From positions 1 to 49,396 of the forward strand of contig CALJUI010000063.1 in the NCBI GenBank assembly GCA_937975735.1: a stretch of DNA of 49,396 nucleotides, in the 5' to 3' direction. The stretch comes from an uncultured Rubrivivax sp. (GTDB taxonomy: Bacteria; Pseudomonadota; Gammaproteobacteria; Burkholderiales; Burkholderiaceae_C). The translations under genes were made by a program, and so were the position numbers. The notes under the pieces were generated by a model that was not told the origin of the DNA, made no database searches, and saw only the letters and a list, made by a program, of their open reading frames with translations. Shown here piece by piece: positions 20,762 to 32,082 of the stretch. Position 1 is the stretch's first letter. Every line of letters starts with the position of its first letter.

Positions 20762-21895
20762 ATGTACGAAGACTTCTACGGCCTGACCAGCAAGCCCTTC
20801 CAGCTGATCCCGGACCCGAGCTTCTACTTCGGGTCCAAGCAGCACAGCCGTGCCAAGGCCTATCTCGAATACGGCGTGTCGCGCAACGAGGGCTTCGTCG
20901 TCATCACCGGCGAGATCGGCGCCGGCAAGACCACGATCCTGCGCACGCTGATCGAGGGCCTGCACGGCAGCAACGTCGTCACCGGCCACCTGGTGACGAC
21001 CCAGCTCGGGGCCGAGGACACGCTGCGGATGGTCGGCGCGGCCTTCGGCTTCAAGGTCAAGGACGTGCCGAAGAGCGAACTCCTGATCACGCTGGAGGCC
21101 TTCCTGATCAGCCAGACCAGCCAGGGCAAGCGCTGCCTGCTGATCGTCGACGAGGCGCAGAACCTGAGCATGCGCGCGGTCGAGGAGCTGCGCATGCTGT
21201 CGAACTTCCAGTTCGGCAACCAGGCGCTGCTGCAGAGCTTCCTGATCGGCCAGCCCGAGTTCCGCGAGATCCTGCAGCGCCCCGAGATGGAGCAGTTCCG
21301 CCAGCGCGTCGCGGCCACCTGCCACATCGGCCCGCTCGACCAGGAAGAGACGCAGGGCTACATCGAACACCGACTCAAGCGCGCCGGCGCGACCGACAAG
21401 CCGACCTTCGGGAAGGGCGCCTTCGAGGCGATCTACAAGGCCACGCGCGGCATCCCGCGCCGGATCAACTCGGTCTGCGACCGGCTGCTGCTGCTCGGTT
21501 TCCTGAACACGCGATCGGACCTGACGGTCGACGACGTCAACGAAGTCGTTGCCGAGCTCGAGCAGGAGACCGCCGCGCCGGCGCCGAAGCAGCGCGCCGA
21601 CACCGGTGCCGGCGACGCTTTCGCCAGCCACTCCGGGCCGATGGACCTGGACGTCGATCTGAGCAAGTTGCGCATCGATCCCGGTGTCGCCGACGGCATG
21701 GGCAAGCAGCTGGCCCGGCTCAGCGCCGAGCAGCGGCTTGACCAGATGCAACGCCTCGAGCGCAGCCTGCTGCGGCTGGAGCGACTGAACGTGCAGACGC
21801 TGTCGATGCTGCAGAAACTCGTCAGCGCGGTCAGGCAACCGGATGCGCCGGCCGATGCGCCGCCGCCGGCCAAGTCAGAGAAGTCGAAGAAGTAG
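20762..21895 (+). CDS. XrtA/PEP-CTERM-associated ExeA-like AAA ATPase
   Basis: MYEDFYGL..KPFQL.PDP, Walker A GEIGAGKT, Walker B IVDEAQ, LIGQPE, GIPRRIN. Confidence 0.92.
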   Translation: MYEDFYGLTSKPFQLIPDPSFYFGSKQHSRAKAYLEYGVSRNEGFVVITGEIGAGKTTILRTLIEGLHGSNVVTGHLVTTQLGAEDTLRMVGAAFGFKVKDVPKSELLITLEAFLISQTSQGKRCLLIVDEAQNLSMRAVEELRMLSNFQFGNQALLQSFLIGQPEFREILQRPEMEQFRQRVAATCHIGPLDQEETQGYIEHRLKRAGATDKPTFGKGAFEAIYKATRGIPRRINSVCDRLLLLGFLNTRSDLTVDDVNEVVAELEQETAAPAPKQRADTGAGDAFASHSGPMDLDVDLSKLRIDPGVADGMGKQLARLSAEQRLDQMQRLERSLLRLERLNVQTLSMLQKLVSAVRQPDAPADAPPPAKSEKSKK

Positions 21896-21897
21896 CG

Positions 21898-22791
21898 TTG
21901 TCCGCGCCGGCCCCGGCCGCGCGCTTCCAGGCCGCCCCCATGCTCGCTCCCACGATCACGAACGCGCTGACGATCGACGTCGAGGACTACTTCCAGGTCT
22001 CGGCGTTCGCGCCTTACATCGCCCGCAGCGGCTGGGACCGCTGCGAGTGCCGGGTCGAGCGCAACGTCGATCGCATCCTGGATCTGCTCGCGCGGCGCGG
22101 TGCCCATGCCACCTTCTTCACCCTCGGCTGGATCGCCGAGCGCTACCCGGCGCTGGTCCGGCGCATCGTCGCCGGCGGCCACGAACTGGCCAGCCATGGC
22201 TACGGCCACGAACGCGCCAGCGACCTCGACCCGCAGGCCTTCGCCGCCGACGTGATGCAGGCCAAGCAGGTGCTCGAGCAGATCGGCGGCGTGCCGGTGC
22301 GCGGCTACCGGGCGCCGAGCTTCTCGATCGGGAAGGACAACCTCTGGGCCTTCGACACCTTGGCCGATGCCGGCTATGCCTACAGCTCGAGCATCTACCC
22401 GATCAGGCATGACCACTACGGCATGCCCGACGCGCCGCGCTTCGCGCATCGTCGTGACAACGGGTTGCTCGAGATCCCGGTCACGACGATGCGGCTGTTC
22501 GACCACAACCTGCCGTCCAGCGGCGGCGGCTACTTCCGGCTGCTGCCGTATGCCGTGTCGCGCTGGATGCTCCGGCGCGTCAACCGCCAGGACCGCCAGG
22601 CCGCGATCTTCTACTTCCATCCCTGGGAGATCGACGTCGGGCAACCGCGCGTGTCTGGCATCGACCTGAAGACCCGGTTCAGGCACTACGTGAACATCGG
22701 TCGCATGGAAGACCGGCTCGAGCACCTACTCGCCGACTTCCGCTGGGACCGGATGGACCGGATCTTCCTGCCGGTCCACACGGTGCATTGA
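21898..22791 (+). CDS. XrtA system polysaccharide deacetylase (CE4-like)
   Basis: TIDVEDYFQV, HELASHGYGH, GYRAPSFS, GGGYFRL.PY, FYFHPWE. The start may be ATG 21940. Confidence 0.9.
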   Translation: MSAPAPAARFQAAPMLAPTITNALTIDVEDYFQVSAFAPYIARSGWDRCECRVERNVDRILDLLARRGAHATFFTLGWIAERYPALVRRIVAGGHELASHGYGHERASDLDPQAFAADVMQAKQVLEQIGGVPVRGYRAPSFSIGKDNLWAFDTLADAGYAYSSSIYPIRHDHYGMPDAPRFAHRRDNGLLEIPVTTMRLFDHNLPSSGGGYFRLLPYAVSRWMLRRVNRQDRQAAIFYFHPWEIDVGQPRVSGIDLKTRFRHYVNIGRMEDRLEHLLADFRWDRMDRIFLPVHTVH

Positions 22792-22798
22792 AGCGCGC

Positions 22799-23836
22799 AT
22801 GACCGAGGTCCAGCGACTGTCCCGCACCGACGCCACCGCCGCGGCGCGCTGGGATGCGTTCGTCGCCGTCCACCCGGACGCGACCTTCTTCCACCGCGCC
22901 GCCTGGCAGGGCGTGATCGAGGACGTGTTCCGCCACGACACGCACTTCCTGTTCGCGCAGCGCGCGGGCCGGGTGGTCGGCGTGCTGCCGCTGGCGCACG
23001 TGCGCAGCCTGCTCTTCGGCAAGGCGCTCGTGAGCCTGCCCTTCGCCGTCTACGGCGGCGTCGCGGCCGAGGACGACCAGGCCGCGCAGGCGCTGGAATC
23101 CGAGGCCCAGGCGCTGGCCCTGCAGCTGCAGGTCGACCACCTGGAATTGCGGCACGTGCAGGCCCGCCACGCCGACTGGCCTCGCCAGGAGCTCTACGTC
23201 ACCTTCCGCAAGGCCCTGCTGCCCGACGTCGAGGCGAACATGCTGGCGATCCCGCGCAAGCAGCGCGCGATGGTCCGCAAGGGCATCAAGAACGGCCTCG
23301 TGAGCCGCTTCGACGACGGCGTCGACCGCTTCTTCGCCCTTTACGCCGACAACGTGCACCGTCACGGCACGCCGGCGCTGCCGCGGCGCTATTTCGAGGT
23401 GCTGCGCGAGCGCTTCGGCGACGACTGCAGCGTGCTGACGGTCAGCGCGCCTGACGGCCGGCCGCTGTCGAGCGTGCTGAGCTTCCGATTCCGCGACCAG
23501 ATCCTGCCGTACTACGCCGGCGACGACGTCGCCGCGCGCGACCTGGCCGCGAACGACTTCAAGTACTGGGAACTGATGCGCGACGCCTGCGAGCAGGGTC
23601 TGCGGCTGTTCGACTTCGGCCGCAGCAAGCAGGGCACCGGCCCGTTCGCGTTCAAGAAGAACTGGGGCTTCGAACCGACGCCGCTGCACTACGAGTACCG
23701 CCTGTACAAGCGCGATGCGGTGCCGCAGAACAATCCGGCCAACGCCAGGTACCGGCTGATGATCGAGGCCTGGCGAAGGCTCCCCCTGGGCATGGCGAAC
23801 TGGCTGGGTCCGTTCGTCGTGCGCAGCCTCGGCTGA
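22799..23836 (+). CDS. FemAB-related (GNAT-fold) XrtA/PEP-CTERM system protein
   Basis: ATFFHRAAW, SLPFAVYGG, RKQRAMVRKG, FDFGRSK.GTG...FKKNWGF. Confidence 0.88.
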   Translation: MTEVQRLSRTDATAAARWDAFVAVHPDATFFHRAAWQGVIEDVFRHDTHFLFAQRAGRVVGVLPLAHVRSLLFGKALVSLPFAVYGGVAAEDDQAAQALESEAQALALQLQVDHLELRHVQARHADWPRQELYVTFRKALLPDVEANMLAIPRKQRAMVRKGIKNGLVSRFDDGVDRFFALYADNVHRHGTPALPRRYFEVLRERFGDDCSVLTVSAPDGRPLSSVLSFRFRDQILPYYAGDDVAARDLAANDFKYWELMRDACEQGLRLFDFGRSKQGTGPFAFKKNWGFEPTPLHYEYRLYKRDAVPQNNPANARYRLMIEAWRRLPLGMANWLGPFVVRSLG

Positions 23837-23837
23837 A

Positions 23838-25445
23838 GTGGACACCGACATGGCTCAAGACCTCCCCACGGGCGACGGCACGGCACGCGAGGCCCTCGGA
23901 ACGCTGCCCGCCCGAGGCGGTCGCTGGGGATCGCTGGCGTTGACCGGGCTGGTGATCGCCACCTTGCTGCTGCTGTTTCGCGATACCGCCGCGGCGATGG
24001 TCGGCATCTGGTGGCGATCGGAGACCTTCACCCACGCCTTCCTGGTGCCGCCGATCGTCGTCTGGCTGATCTGGCGCCGGCGCCACCGCCTTCAGGGCGT
24101 CGCCGCGCGGCCGGCCTACGCGGTGCTGCTGCCGATCGCGGGGGTCTGCGCCGTGTGGCTGCTCGGCGAGCTCGCCAGCGTCAATGCGGCGACGCAGCTC
24201 GCGCTGGTGGCCCTGATCGTGCTGACCGTGCCGGCGCGGTTCGGCCTGGCGGTCACGCGCACGGTGCTGTGCCCGCTGGCCTTCCTGTTCTTCGCGGTGC
24301 CGATCGGTGACTTCCTCGTCGCGCCGATGATGGAATGGACGGCCGACTTCACGGTGCTCGCGCTTCGCGCCTCCGGCATCCCGGTCTACCGGGAGGGCCT
24401 GCAGTTCGTGATCCCCTCGGGCAACTGGTCGGTCGTCGAGGCCTGCAGCGGCGTGCGCTACCTGATCGCATCGTTCATGGTCGGCACGCTGTTCGCCTAC
24501 CTGAACTACCAGTCGACACGCAAGCGCGTCGTCTTCATCCTGTTCTCGCTGGCCGTGCCGATCGTCGCCAACTGGCTGCGCGCCTACATGATCGTCATGA
24601 TCGCGCACCTGTCGGGCAACAAGCTGGCGGCCGGCGTCGACCACCTGATCTACGGCTGGGTCTTCTTCGGCATCGTGATCCTGATCATGTTCATGGTCGG
24701 CGCGCGCTGGGCCGAACCGAACGCCGACGATGCCCCCGCCGCCCCGGTGCGCGCCGCCGCCAGCCCGGCCGCCAGACCGCCGATCGGCGTCGCGCTCGCG
24801 ATCGTTGCGCTGCTGGCGGCCACGCAGGCGGTCGCCTGGCGGCTCGACCGCATCGAGACCACCGCCACGCCGGTGCTCGTGCTGCCCGACGTTGGCGGAT
24901 ACACCTCCGAGCCCGACACCGGCGCGGCGACCGACTGGGTCCCGGCCTATGCCAACCCGAGCGCGATCGCGCAGCGCAGTTATCGTGCCGCGTCCGGCGA
25001 GCCGCTGCGCGTCTGGATCGGCTACTACCGCGGCCAGGGCTACGACCGCAAGCTCGTGACCTCGACCAACCTGCTGGTCGGTCCGGACACGCCGAACTGG
25101 GCGCAGGTGGCCGGCGGCGCGACCACGGTCGACACCCCCGACGGGCCGGTCACGCTGCGTACCGCCGAACTGCGCATCGCCGCGCTGCTCGCCGGCGGCA
25201 GCGCCCGCCGGCTGCGGGTCTGGCAGACCTACTGGGTCGGTGGCGAGTACATCGCCGGCGACGCCCGCGCTCGGTTGCAACTGGCGATCAACCGGTTGCT
25301 CGGGCGCGGCGACGACGGAGCGGTGATCATCGTCTCGACGCCGATCGTCGAAGGTGGCGACGCCGACGCGGTGCTGCGCGGCTTCGTGCCAGGCGTCCTG
25401 TCGGCCCTGCAGGGGCCGCTGGCCGCGACGCGGGCGGCACGCTGA
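23838..25445 (+). CDS. xrtA: Exosortase A fused to a C-terminal EpsI-like domain
   Basis: Multi-TM; catalytic motifs VVEACSGVRY (Cys), ANWLRAY (Arg), GVDHLIYGW (His); periplasmic EpsI-like tail (YYRGQ...KLV, WQTYWVGG). Confidence 0.93.
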   Translation: MDTDMAQDLPTGDGTAREALGTLPARGGRWGSLALTGLVIATLLLLFRDTAAAMVGIWWRSETFTHAFLVPPIVVWLIWRRRHRLQGVAARPAYAVLLPIAGVCAVWLLGELASVNAATQLALVALIVLTVPARFGLAVTRTVLCPLAFLFFAVPIGDFLVAPMMEWTADFTVLALRASGIPVYREGLQFVIPSGNWSVVEACSGVRYLIASFMVGTLFAYLNYQSTRKRVVFILFSLAVPIVANWLRAYMIVMIAHLSGNKLAAGVDHLIYGWVFFGIVILIMFMVGARWAEPNADDAPAAPVRAAASPAARPPIGVALAIVALLAATQAVAWRLDRIETTATPVLVLPDVGGYTSEPDTGAATDWVPAYANPSAIAQRSYRAASGEPLRVWIGYYRGQGYDRKLVTSTNLLVGPDTPNWAQVAGGATTVDTPDGPVTLRTAELRIAALLAGGSARRLRVWQTYWVGGEYIAGDARARLQLAINRLLGRGDDGAVIIVSTPIVEGGDADAVLRGFVPGVLSALQGPLAATRAAR

Positions 25446-25482
25446 CCCGGTCCCGTCCACTTCAATCAAGGGAACTCGAACA

Positions 25483-26750
<1,268 letters not shown>

Positions 26751-26763
<13 letters not shown>

Positions 26764-27707
26764 CCGACCCGGGATCCACCCACACCCCGGCGCTCAGCGT
26801 CGTCGCGACGCTGTACCGGTCACGCGAGTTCCTGCCCGCGTTCATCGACGAGTGCGTCGAAGCCGCCGAATCCGAGGCGCCGGGGCGCTGGGAGCTGGTG
26901 CTCGTCAACGACGGATCGCCCGACGACAGCCTGGCCTACGCGCTCGAGCGCCGGGTCGCAGACCCCCGCATCGTGGTCATCGACCTGTCGCGCAATTTCG
27001 GCCACCATCCGGCGATGCATGCCGGACTGCTGCACGCGCGGGGCGACCGGGTCTTCCTGATCGACGCCGATCTGGAAGTCCGCCCCGCCGTGCTCGCCGA
27101 GTTCGCCGCCAAGCAGCGGGCCAGCGGCGCCGACCTCGTCTACGGCTATCAGCCGGCGCGCAAGGGCGGCTGGGTCGAACGCTGGACCGGCGGCCTGTTC
27201 TGGCGCGGCCTGAACGCGATCAGCAGCGTGCCGATCCCGGAGAACATGCTGACCGAGCGCCTGATGACGCGCCGCTTCGTCGACGCCTTGCTCTCGCTCG
27301 GCGATCACGACCTCTTCCTGGGCGGCATGATGAGCTGGACCGGCTACACGCAACTCGGCCTGCCGGTGCGGAAGTCGCAGCGCGCCGGGCCCAGCACCTA
27401 CTCGATCCTGCGCCGCGTGAAGCTGATGCTCACGGCGGTCAGCTCCTTCTCGTCGCGGCCACTGGTGTGGCTGTTCCACGCCGGCTGGGTCATCACGCTG
27501 GCGAGCTTCGGCTACGTCGCCTACCTCGTGTTCCGCCGCCTCGTGTACGCCGACACCTTGATCGGCTTCACGTCGATCATGGGCCTGATCGCACTGAGCC
27601 TGGGGTTGAGCTGCATGGCGCTCGGCCTGGTCGGCGTCTACCTCGGCAAGGTGCTCGACCAGGTGCGCCGCCGGCCGCGCTACATCGTGCGGGACGTATA
27701 CCGATGA
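26751..27707 (+). CDS. GT2 polyprenyl-phosphate glycosyltransferase (GtrB/ArnC-like)
   Basis: VNDGSPD, LSRNFGH, IDADL (DxD), two C-terminal TM helices, RPRYIV tail. Confidence 0.88.
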
Positions 27708-28432
27708 GCAACGCCACGCCCCCGGTGCGCGAGGTCGCTGCCGTGCAGTCGAACTACCTGCCCTGGAAGGGCTACTTCGACCTGATCCACGACGTCGACC
27801 TGTTCGTCTTCTACGACGACAACCAGTACACCCCTCGCGACTGGCGCAATCGCAACCGCATCAAGACCGCAGGCGGCGCGCAGTGGATCTCGGTGCCCGT
27901 CGGCAACGACCGCAACCGCCTGATCCACGACGTCGAGATCGCCGATCCCGCCTGGCAGGCCAAGCACCACCAGACGCTGACGCAGAACTACGGCAAGTGC
28001 CCGCATTTCGCGCGCTACCGTGACTGGCTCGACCATGTCTACCTGGACCGGCGCTGGCACAAGCTGTCCGAGCTGAACCAGTGGACGACCCGCCACATTG
28101 CCGGCGAATTCCTCGGCATCCGGACCGCCTTCGCCGACTCGCGGAGCTACGCGGCCCAGGGGCAGAAGCTCGACAAGATGGTGGACCTCGTCGTGCGCAC
28201 CGGCGCGTCCGTCTACCACTCGGGCCCGGCGGCGCGCGACTACATCGTGCCCGAGCGTTTCAGCGAGCGCGGCATCGAGCTCGTCTGGAAGGACTACGCG
28301 GGCTATCCCGAGCATCCGCAGCGGTTCCCGCCGTTCGAGCCCTCGGTCAGCGTGCTGGACCTGCTCTTCAACACCGGCCCCGACGCGCCCTGGTACATCT
28401 GGGGCTGGCGCAACGGTCCGCTGGCCGGCTGA
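27704..28432 (+). CDS. WbqC-family protein (putative aminoacyl/glycyl transferase)
   Basis: QSNYLPWKGYFDLI..VD.FVFYDD.QY...DWRNRNRIK, SGPAA..Y, SVLDLLFN.G; ATGA overlap with the upstream gene. Confidence 0.88.
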   Translation: MSNATPPVREVAAVQSNYLPWKGYFDLIHDVDLFVFYDDNQYTPRDWRNRNRIKTAGGAQWISVPVGNDRNRLIHDVEIADPAWQAKHHQTLTQNYGKCPHFARYRDWLDHVYLDRRWHKLSELNQWTTRHIAGEFLGIRTAFADSRSYAAQGQKLDKMVDLVVRTGASVYHSGPAARDYIVPERFSERGIELVWKDYAGYPEHPQRFPPFEPSVSVLDLLFNTGPDAPWYIWGWRNGPLAG

Positions 28433-28434
28433 CG

Positions 28435-29679
28435 ATGTCGCGCGCGCCGCTCCTGCACGTGCTCGGCGCCGGCCCCTGGCAGCTGCCGACCATCCGCCAT
28501 GCCCGGGCGCTGGGCTGCCGCGTGCTGGTCACCGACGGGCTCGCCGACCGGCCGGGATTCGGCCTGGCCGACCTCCACGCCGTGGCCGACCTCACCGACG
28601 CCGAGGCCACGCTGGCGGTCGCCCGGCGCCACGCCGTCGACGGTGTGCTGTGCGACACCACCGACACCGGCGTGCTGACCGCCGCGATCGTCGCCGACGC
28701 GCTGGGCCTGCCCGGCGTCGGCGTCGACGCCGCGCGCCGCTGCACCGACAAGGCCCGCATGACGGAGGCTGCCGCTGCCGCCGGCCTGCCGACGCCGGCG
28801 ACGCGTCTCGCGGCCTCGGCGGAGGACGCGCGGGCCGCGGTCCGGGCGATGGCCGGGCCCTGGGTGATCAAGCCGGTCGACGCGCAGGCAGGCAAGGGCG
28901 TCGGCCTCGTCGCCGATGCGGCCGACGCCGACGACGCGATCGCCCATGCATTCGCGCACAGCCGCAGCCGCCGGGTGATCGTGCAGCAGCGCCTGAGCGG
29001 GCCGGAGGTCATCGTCGACGCGCTGGTGGTCGACGGCCAACCGCGAGTGCTCGGCGTCGCCGGCAAGACACCGTATCCGGACCATCCCGCGGTGTCGTCG
29101 CGGATCACCTACCCGCCCGACCCGGACCTCGCCCCCTGGCCGCTGGTCGAGGCGACCCTGGGCGCGCTCGTGCGGGCGCTCGGCATCCGGTGCAGCCTGG
29201 TCCATGCGGAGTTCATCGTCGGCGATGGGCGACTCGTGCCGATCGACGTCGCCGCCCGGGGCGGCGGTGTCATGATCTATCCCACCGTGCTCGGCCACCT
29301 GACCGGGGCCGACGTGATGACGGCGGCCATCCGGATCGCGCTCGGCTGCTATCCGGGCTTGCCCGACCGGCCAGCGGGCCCGCCAGGGCGTGCCGCGAAC
29401 ATCGAGTTCCTGCGCGCGCCGGCGGGTGTGCTGCGGCGCGTCGACGGCCTCGACGAGGCCCGCCGCCAGCCCGGCGTCGCCGCGGTGCACCTCAATCTGC
29501 TGCCCGGCGACAGCGCCGGCGACCTGCGGCACAAGGACCGGCGGCTGGGCTACGTCGTCACGCTGGCCGATTCGGCAGCCGCGGCGGTCGCCGCCGGTGA
29601 ACGCGCGGCCGCGCTGATCGGCGTCGACGTCGATGCCTTTGCGGGGGCCGCGCCGCAATTGCTCGGGAGCACGTCATGA
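28435..29679 (+). CDS. ATP-grasp domain ligase
   Basis: VLGAGPWQ, TDK..M, VIKPVD...GKGV, HAEF, IDVAARGGG. Confidence 0.8.
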   Translation: MSRAPLLHVLGAGPWQLPTIRHARALGCRVLVTDGLADRPGFGLADLHAVADLTDAEATLAVARRHAVDGVLCDTTDTGVLTAAIVADALGLPGVGVDAARRCTDKARMTEAAAAAGLPTPATRLAASAEDARAAVRAMAGPWVIKPVDAQAGKGVGLVADAADADDAIAHAFAHSRSRRVIVQQRLSGPEVIVDALVVDGQPRVLGVAGKTPYPDHPAVSSRITYPPDPDLAPWPLVEATLGALVRALGIRCSLVHAEFIVGDGRLVPIDVAARGGGVMIYPTVLGHLTGADVMTAAIRIALGCYPGLPDRPAGPPGRAANIEFLRAPAGVLRRVDGLDEARRQPGVAAVHLNLLPGDSAGDLRHKDRRLGYVVTLADSAAAAVAAGERAAALIGVDVDAFAGAAPQLLGSTS

Positions 29680-30497
29680 AGCTCTTCGATTCACTGACCC
29701 ACGCCACCGCGGACGGCTCCTGGTTCGGCGAGCGCCTGCTCGATGCCTCGCTGCCGACACTGGTGCGCGGCATGGACGAGGCCGGCGTCCACCGCGCTTG
29801 CCTGGTCGCGATCGCCGACTACCAGGACAACGCCTTCGTGCTGCAGGCGGCGCAGCAGGACCCTCGGCGCTTCGTCCCGATCGCGGGGGTCAACCCGCGC
29901 GTGCTGGCGACCAACCGGCGCATCGACGCGGTGCTGCGCGAGCTCAAGGCGCAGGGTTTCGCCGGCGTCAAGCTGCATCCGCGCCTGAACGGCTACGACC
30001 CGCTCGATCCGAAATGCGTCGCGGCGGTCGAGTCGGCCGGCGAGCACGGTCTGGTGGTGTTCCTCGACACGCTGTTTCGGCGCCAAGGGCTGGCCACGCG
30101 ACACGCCCCCGACGTGATCGACTTCCTCGCCGCCGCCTGCCCGCAGACGCGCATCGTGCTGCTGCACGGCACCGGGCCGACGATGATGGAGCTCTACGAG
30201 ATCGTGCGCTGCAACGATCATCTGCTGCTCGACCTGTCGTACACGCTGCTGCGCTACCGCGGCAGCTCCCGCCTCGACGACGACATGCACTTCCTGTTCA
30301 AGACCACCGACCGGCTGGTGACGGTCGGCTCGGACTTCCCCGAGTACAACCATGCGCAGACGATCGCGCGCCTGGCCGAGCTCACCCAGGGCATCGAGCC
30401 GCACCGCATCGACAACCTGACCCACCGCAACCTCGAGCGCTGGTTCGGCGATGGCCGCGCACTGGCGACGAGCGCGTCAGCAAGCCCCCACGCCTGA
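29676..30497 (+). CDS. Amidohydrolase_2-family TIM-barrel metallohydrolase
   Basis: GVKLHP, VLLHG, DLS, GSDFP. The N-terminal motif is DSLTH, not DxHxH. Confidence 0.75.
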   Translation: MKLFDSLTHATADGSWFGERLLDASLPTLVRGMDEAGVHRACLVAIADYQDNAFVLQAAQQDPRRFVPIAGVNPRVLATNRRIDAVLRELKAQGFAGVKLHPRLNGYDPLDPKCVAAVESAGEHGLVVFLDTLFRRQGLATRHAPDVIDFLAAACPQTRIVLLHGTGPTMMELYEIVRCNDHLLLDLSYTLLRYRGSSRLDDDMHFLFKTTDRLVTVGSDFPEYNHAQTIARLAELTQGIEPHRIDNLTHRNLERWFGDGRALATSASASPHA

Positions 30498-30541
30498 GCT
30501 ACGCTTGCGGGCCTGTCCATCGACGTCGGAGCGACCCATCC

Positions 30542-30925
30542 ATGCGCAACTCGTTCGATCTGCCGGGACACGTCTTCATCCTGCTGACGCTGGCCTTCAC
30601 CGTCTACGGTCAGCTGGTGCTCAAGTGGCAGATGGGCTATGCCGGCGCCCTGCCGGCGGGCGGGCTCGACAAGATCGCCTTCCTGCTGCGGCAGTTCCTG
30701 AATCCCTGGATCCTGTCTGGATTCGTGTCGGCGTTCATCGCGTCTCTGGCCTGGATGGCGGCCATGACGCGCTTCGAACTCGGCTACGCGTATCCGTTCA
30801 TGAGCCTGGCCTTCGTGATCGTGATGGTGTTCGGCATCGTCTTCCTCGGCGAGGCGGTCCGCCCCGCCAAGATCGTCGGCACGCTGATGGTGATGGGCGG
30901 CCTGGTGCTGATCGCGCGGGCCTGA
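30542..30925 (+). CDS. Small EamA/DMT membrane protein (ArnE/ArnF-like lipid-sugar flippase)
   Basis: 127 aa, four TM segments; YGQLVLKW, L.YAYPFMSL, FLGE...KIVG. Confidence 0.78.
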   Translation: MRNSFDLPGHVFILLTLAFTVYGQLVLKWQMGYAGALPAGGLDKIAFLLRQFLNPWILSGFVSAFIASLAWMAAMTRFELGYAYPFMSLAFVIVMVFGIVFLGEAVRPAKIVGTLMVMGGLVLIARA

Positions 30926-30954
30926 GCGCCCCGAAACGGATCGAGGAGGCCTGG

Positions 30955-32082
30955 ATGACCACCGTGCCCTTCAACCGGCCCTACATGACCGGCCGGGAAC
31001 TCGGCTACATCGCCCAGGCGCACGCCGAGATGCACCTGGCCGGCGACGGCTCGTTCACGAAGAAGTGCAACCGCTGGATCGAACAGCGCACCGGGGCCGG
31101 TCGCGCGATGCTGACGCACTCGTGTACCGCGGCGCTCGAGATGGCGGCCCTGCTCGCCGAGGTCGGTGCCGGCGACGAGGTCATCATGCCCTCGTACACC
31201 TTCGTCTCGACGGCTAACGCCTTCGCGCTGCGCGGCGCGGTGCCGGTCTTCGTCGACATCCGCGCCGACACGCTCAACCTGGACGAACGCTTGGTCGAGG
31301 CGGCGATCACGCCGAAGACGCGCGCCATCGTGCCCGTGCACTACGCCGGCGTCGGCTGCGAGATGGACGAGCTGATGGCCATCGCCCGCCGCCACGACCT
31401 GCTGGTGATCGAGGACGCGGCGCAGGCGCTGATGGCCAGCTACCGCGGCCGGCCGCTCGGCTCGATCGGCGACCTCGGGGCGATCTCCTTCCACGAAACC
31501 AAGAACGTGATCTCGGGGGAGGGCGGCGCCTTGCTGATCAACGCGCCGCGCTTCGCCGAACGGGCCGAGATCATCCGCGAGAAGGGCACCAATCGCAGCC
31601 AGTTCTTCCGCGGCCAGGTCGACAAGTACACCTGGGTCGACGTCGGCTCGTCCTACCTGCCGGGTGAGTTGATCGCCGCCTTCCTGTGGGCGCAGCTCGA
31701 GGAAGCCGACACGATCACCCAGCGCCGGCTGGCGATGTGGGCGCGCTACCATGCAGCGTTCGCCGACGCCGAGCGGCATGGCAAGCTCGCGCGCCCGCAG
31801 GTGCCGGCGCACTGCAAGCACAACGCGCACATGTACTACGTGCTGCTGCCGGACCTGGCGCGCCGCAGTGCGGCGATGGCCCGGCTGAAGGCGCTCGGCG
31901 TGCAGACGGTCTTTCACTACGTGCCGCTGCACAGCGCCCCGGCCGGCCGACGTCACGGCCGCGCGCACGGCGATCTCGCGGTCACCGACGACATCGCCGA
32001 CCGCCTGCTGCGCCTGCCGATGTGGGTCGGGATGGAGGATCAGCAGGGGGCGGTGATCGACGCGGTGCTCTCGGTGCTGTGA
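30955..32082 (+). CDS. rffA: dTDP-4-amino-4,6-dideoxyhexose transaminase (WecE/RffA-like)
   Basis: GAGG RBS; PFNRP, SCTAALEMAA, PSYTFVSTANAF, EDAAQ, SFHETKN (PLP Lys), EKGTNRS.FFRGQVDKYTW. Confidence 0.9.
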   Translation: MTTVPFNRPYMTGRELGYIAQAHAEMHLAGDGSFTKKCNRWIEQRTGAGRAMLTHSCTAALEMAALLAEVGAGDEVIMPSYTFVSTANAFALRGAVPVFVDIRADTLNLDERLVEAAITPKTRAIVPVHYAGVGCEMDELMAIARRHDLLVIEDAAQALMASYRGRPLGSIGDLGAISFHETKNVISGEGGALLINAPRFAERAEIIREKGTNRSQFFRGQVDKYTWVDVGSSYLPGELIAAFLWAQLEEADTITQRRLAMWARYHAAFADAERHGKLARPQVPAHCKHNAHMYYVLLPDLARRSAAMARLKALGVQTVFHYVPLHSAPAGRRHGRAHGDLAVTDDIADRLLRLPMWVGMEDQQGAVIDAVLSVL

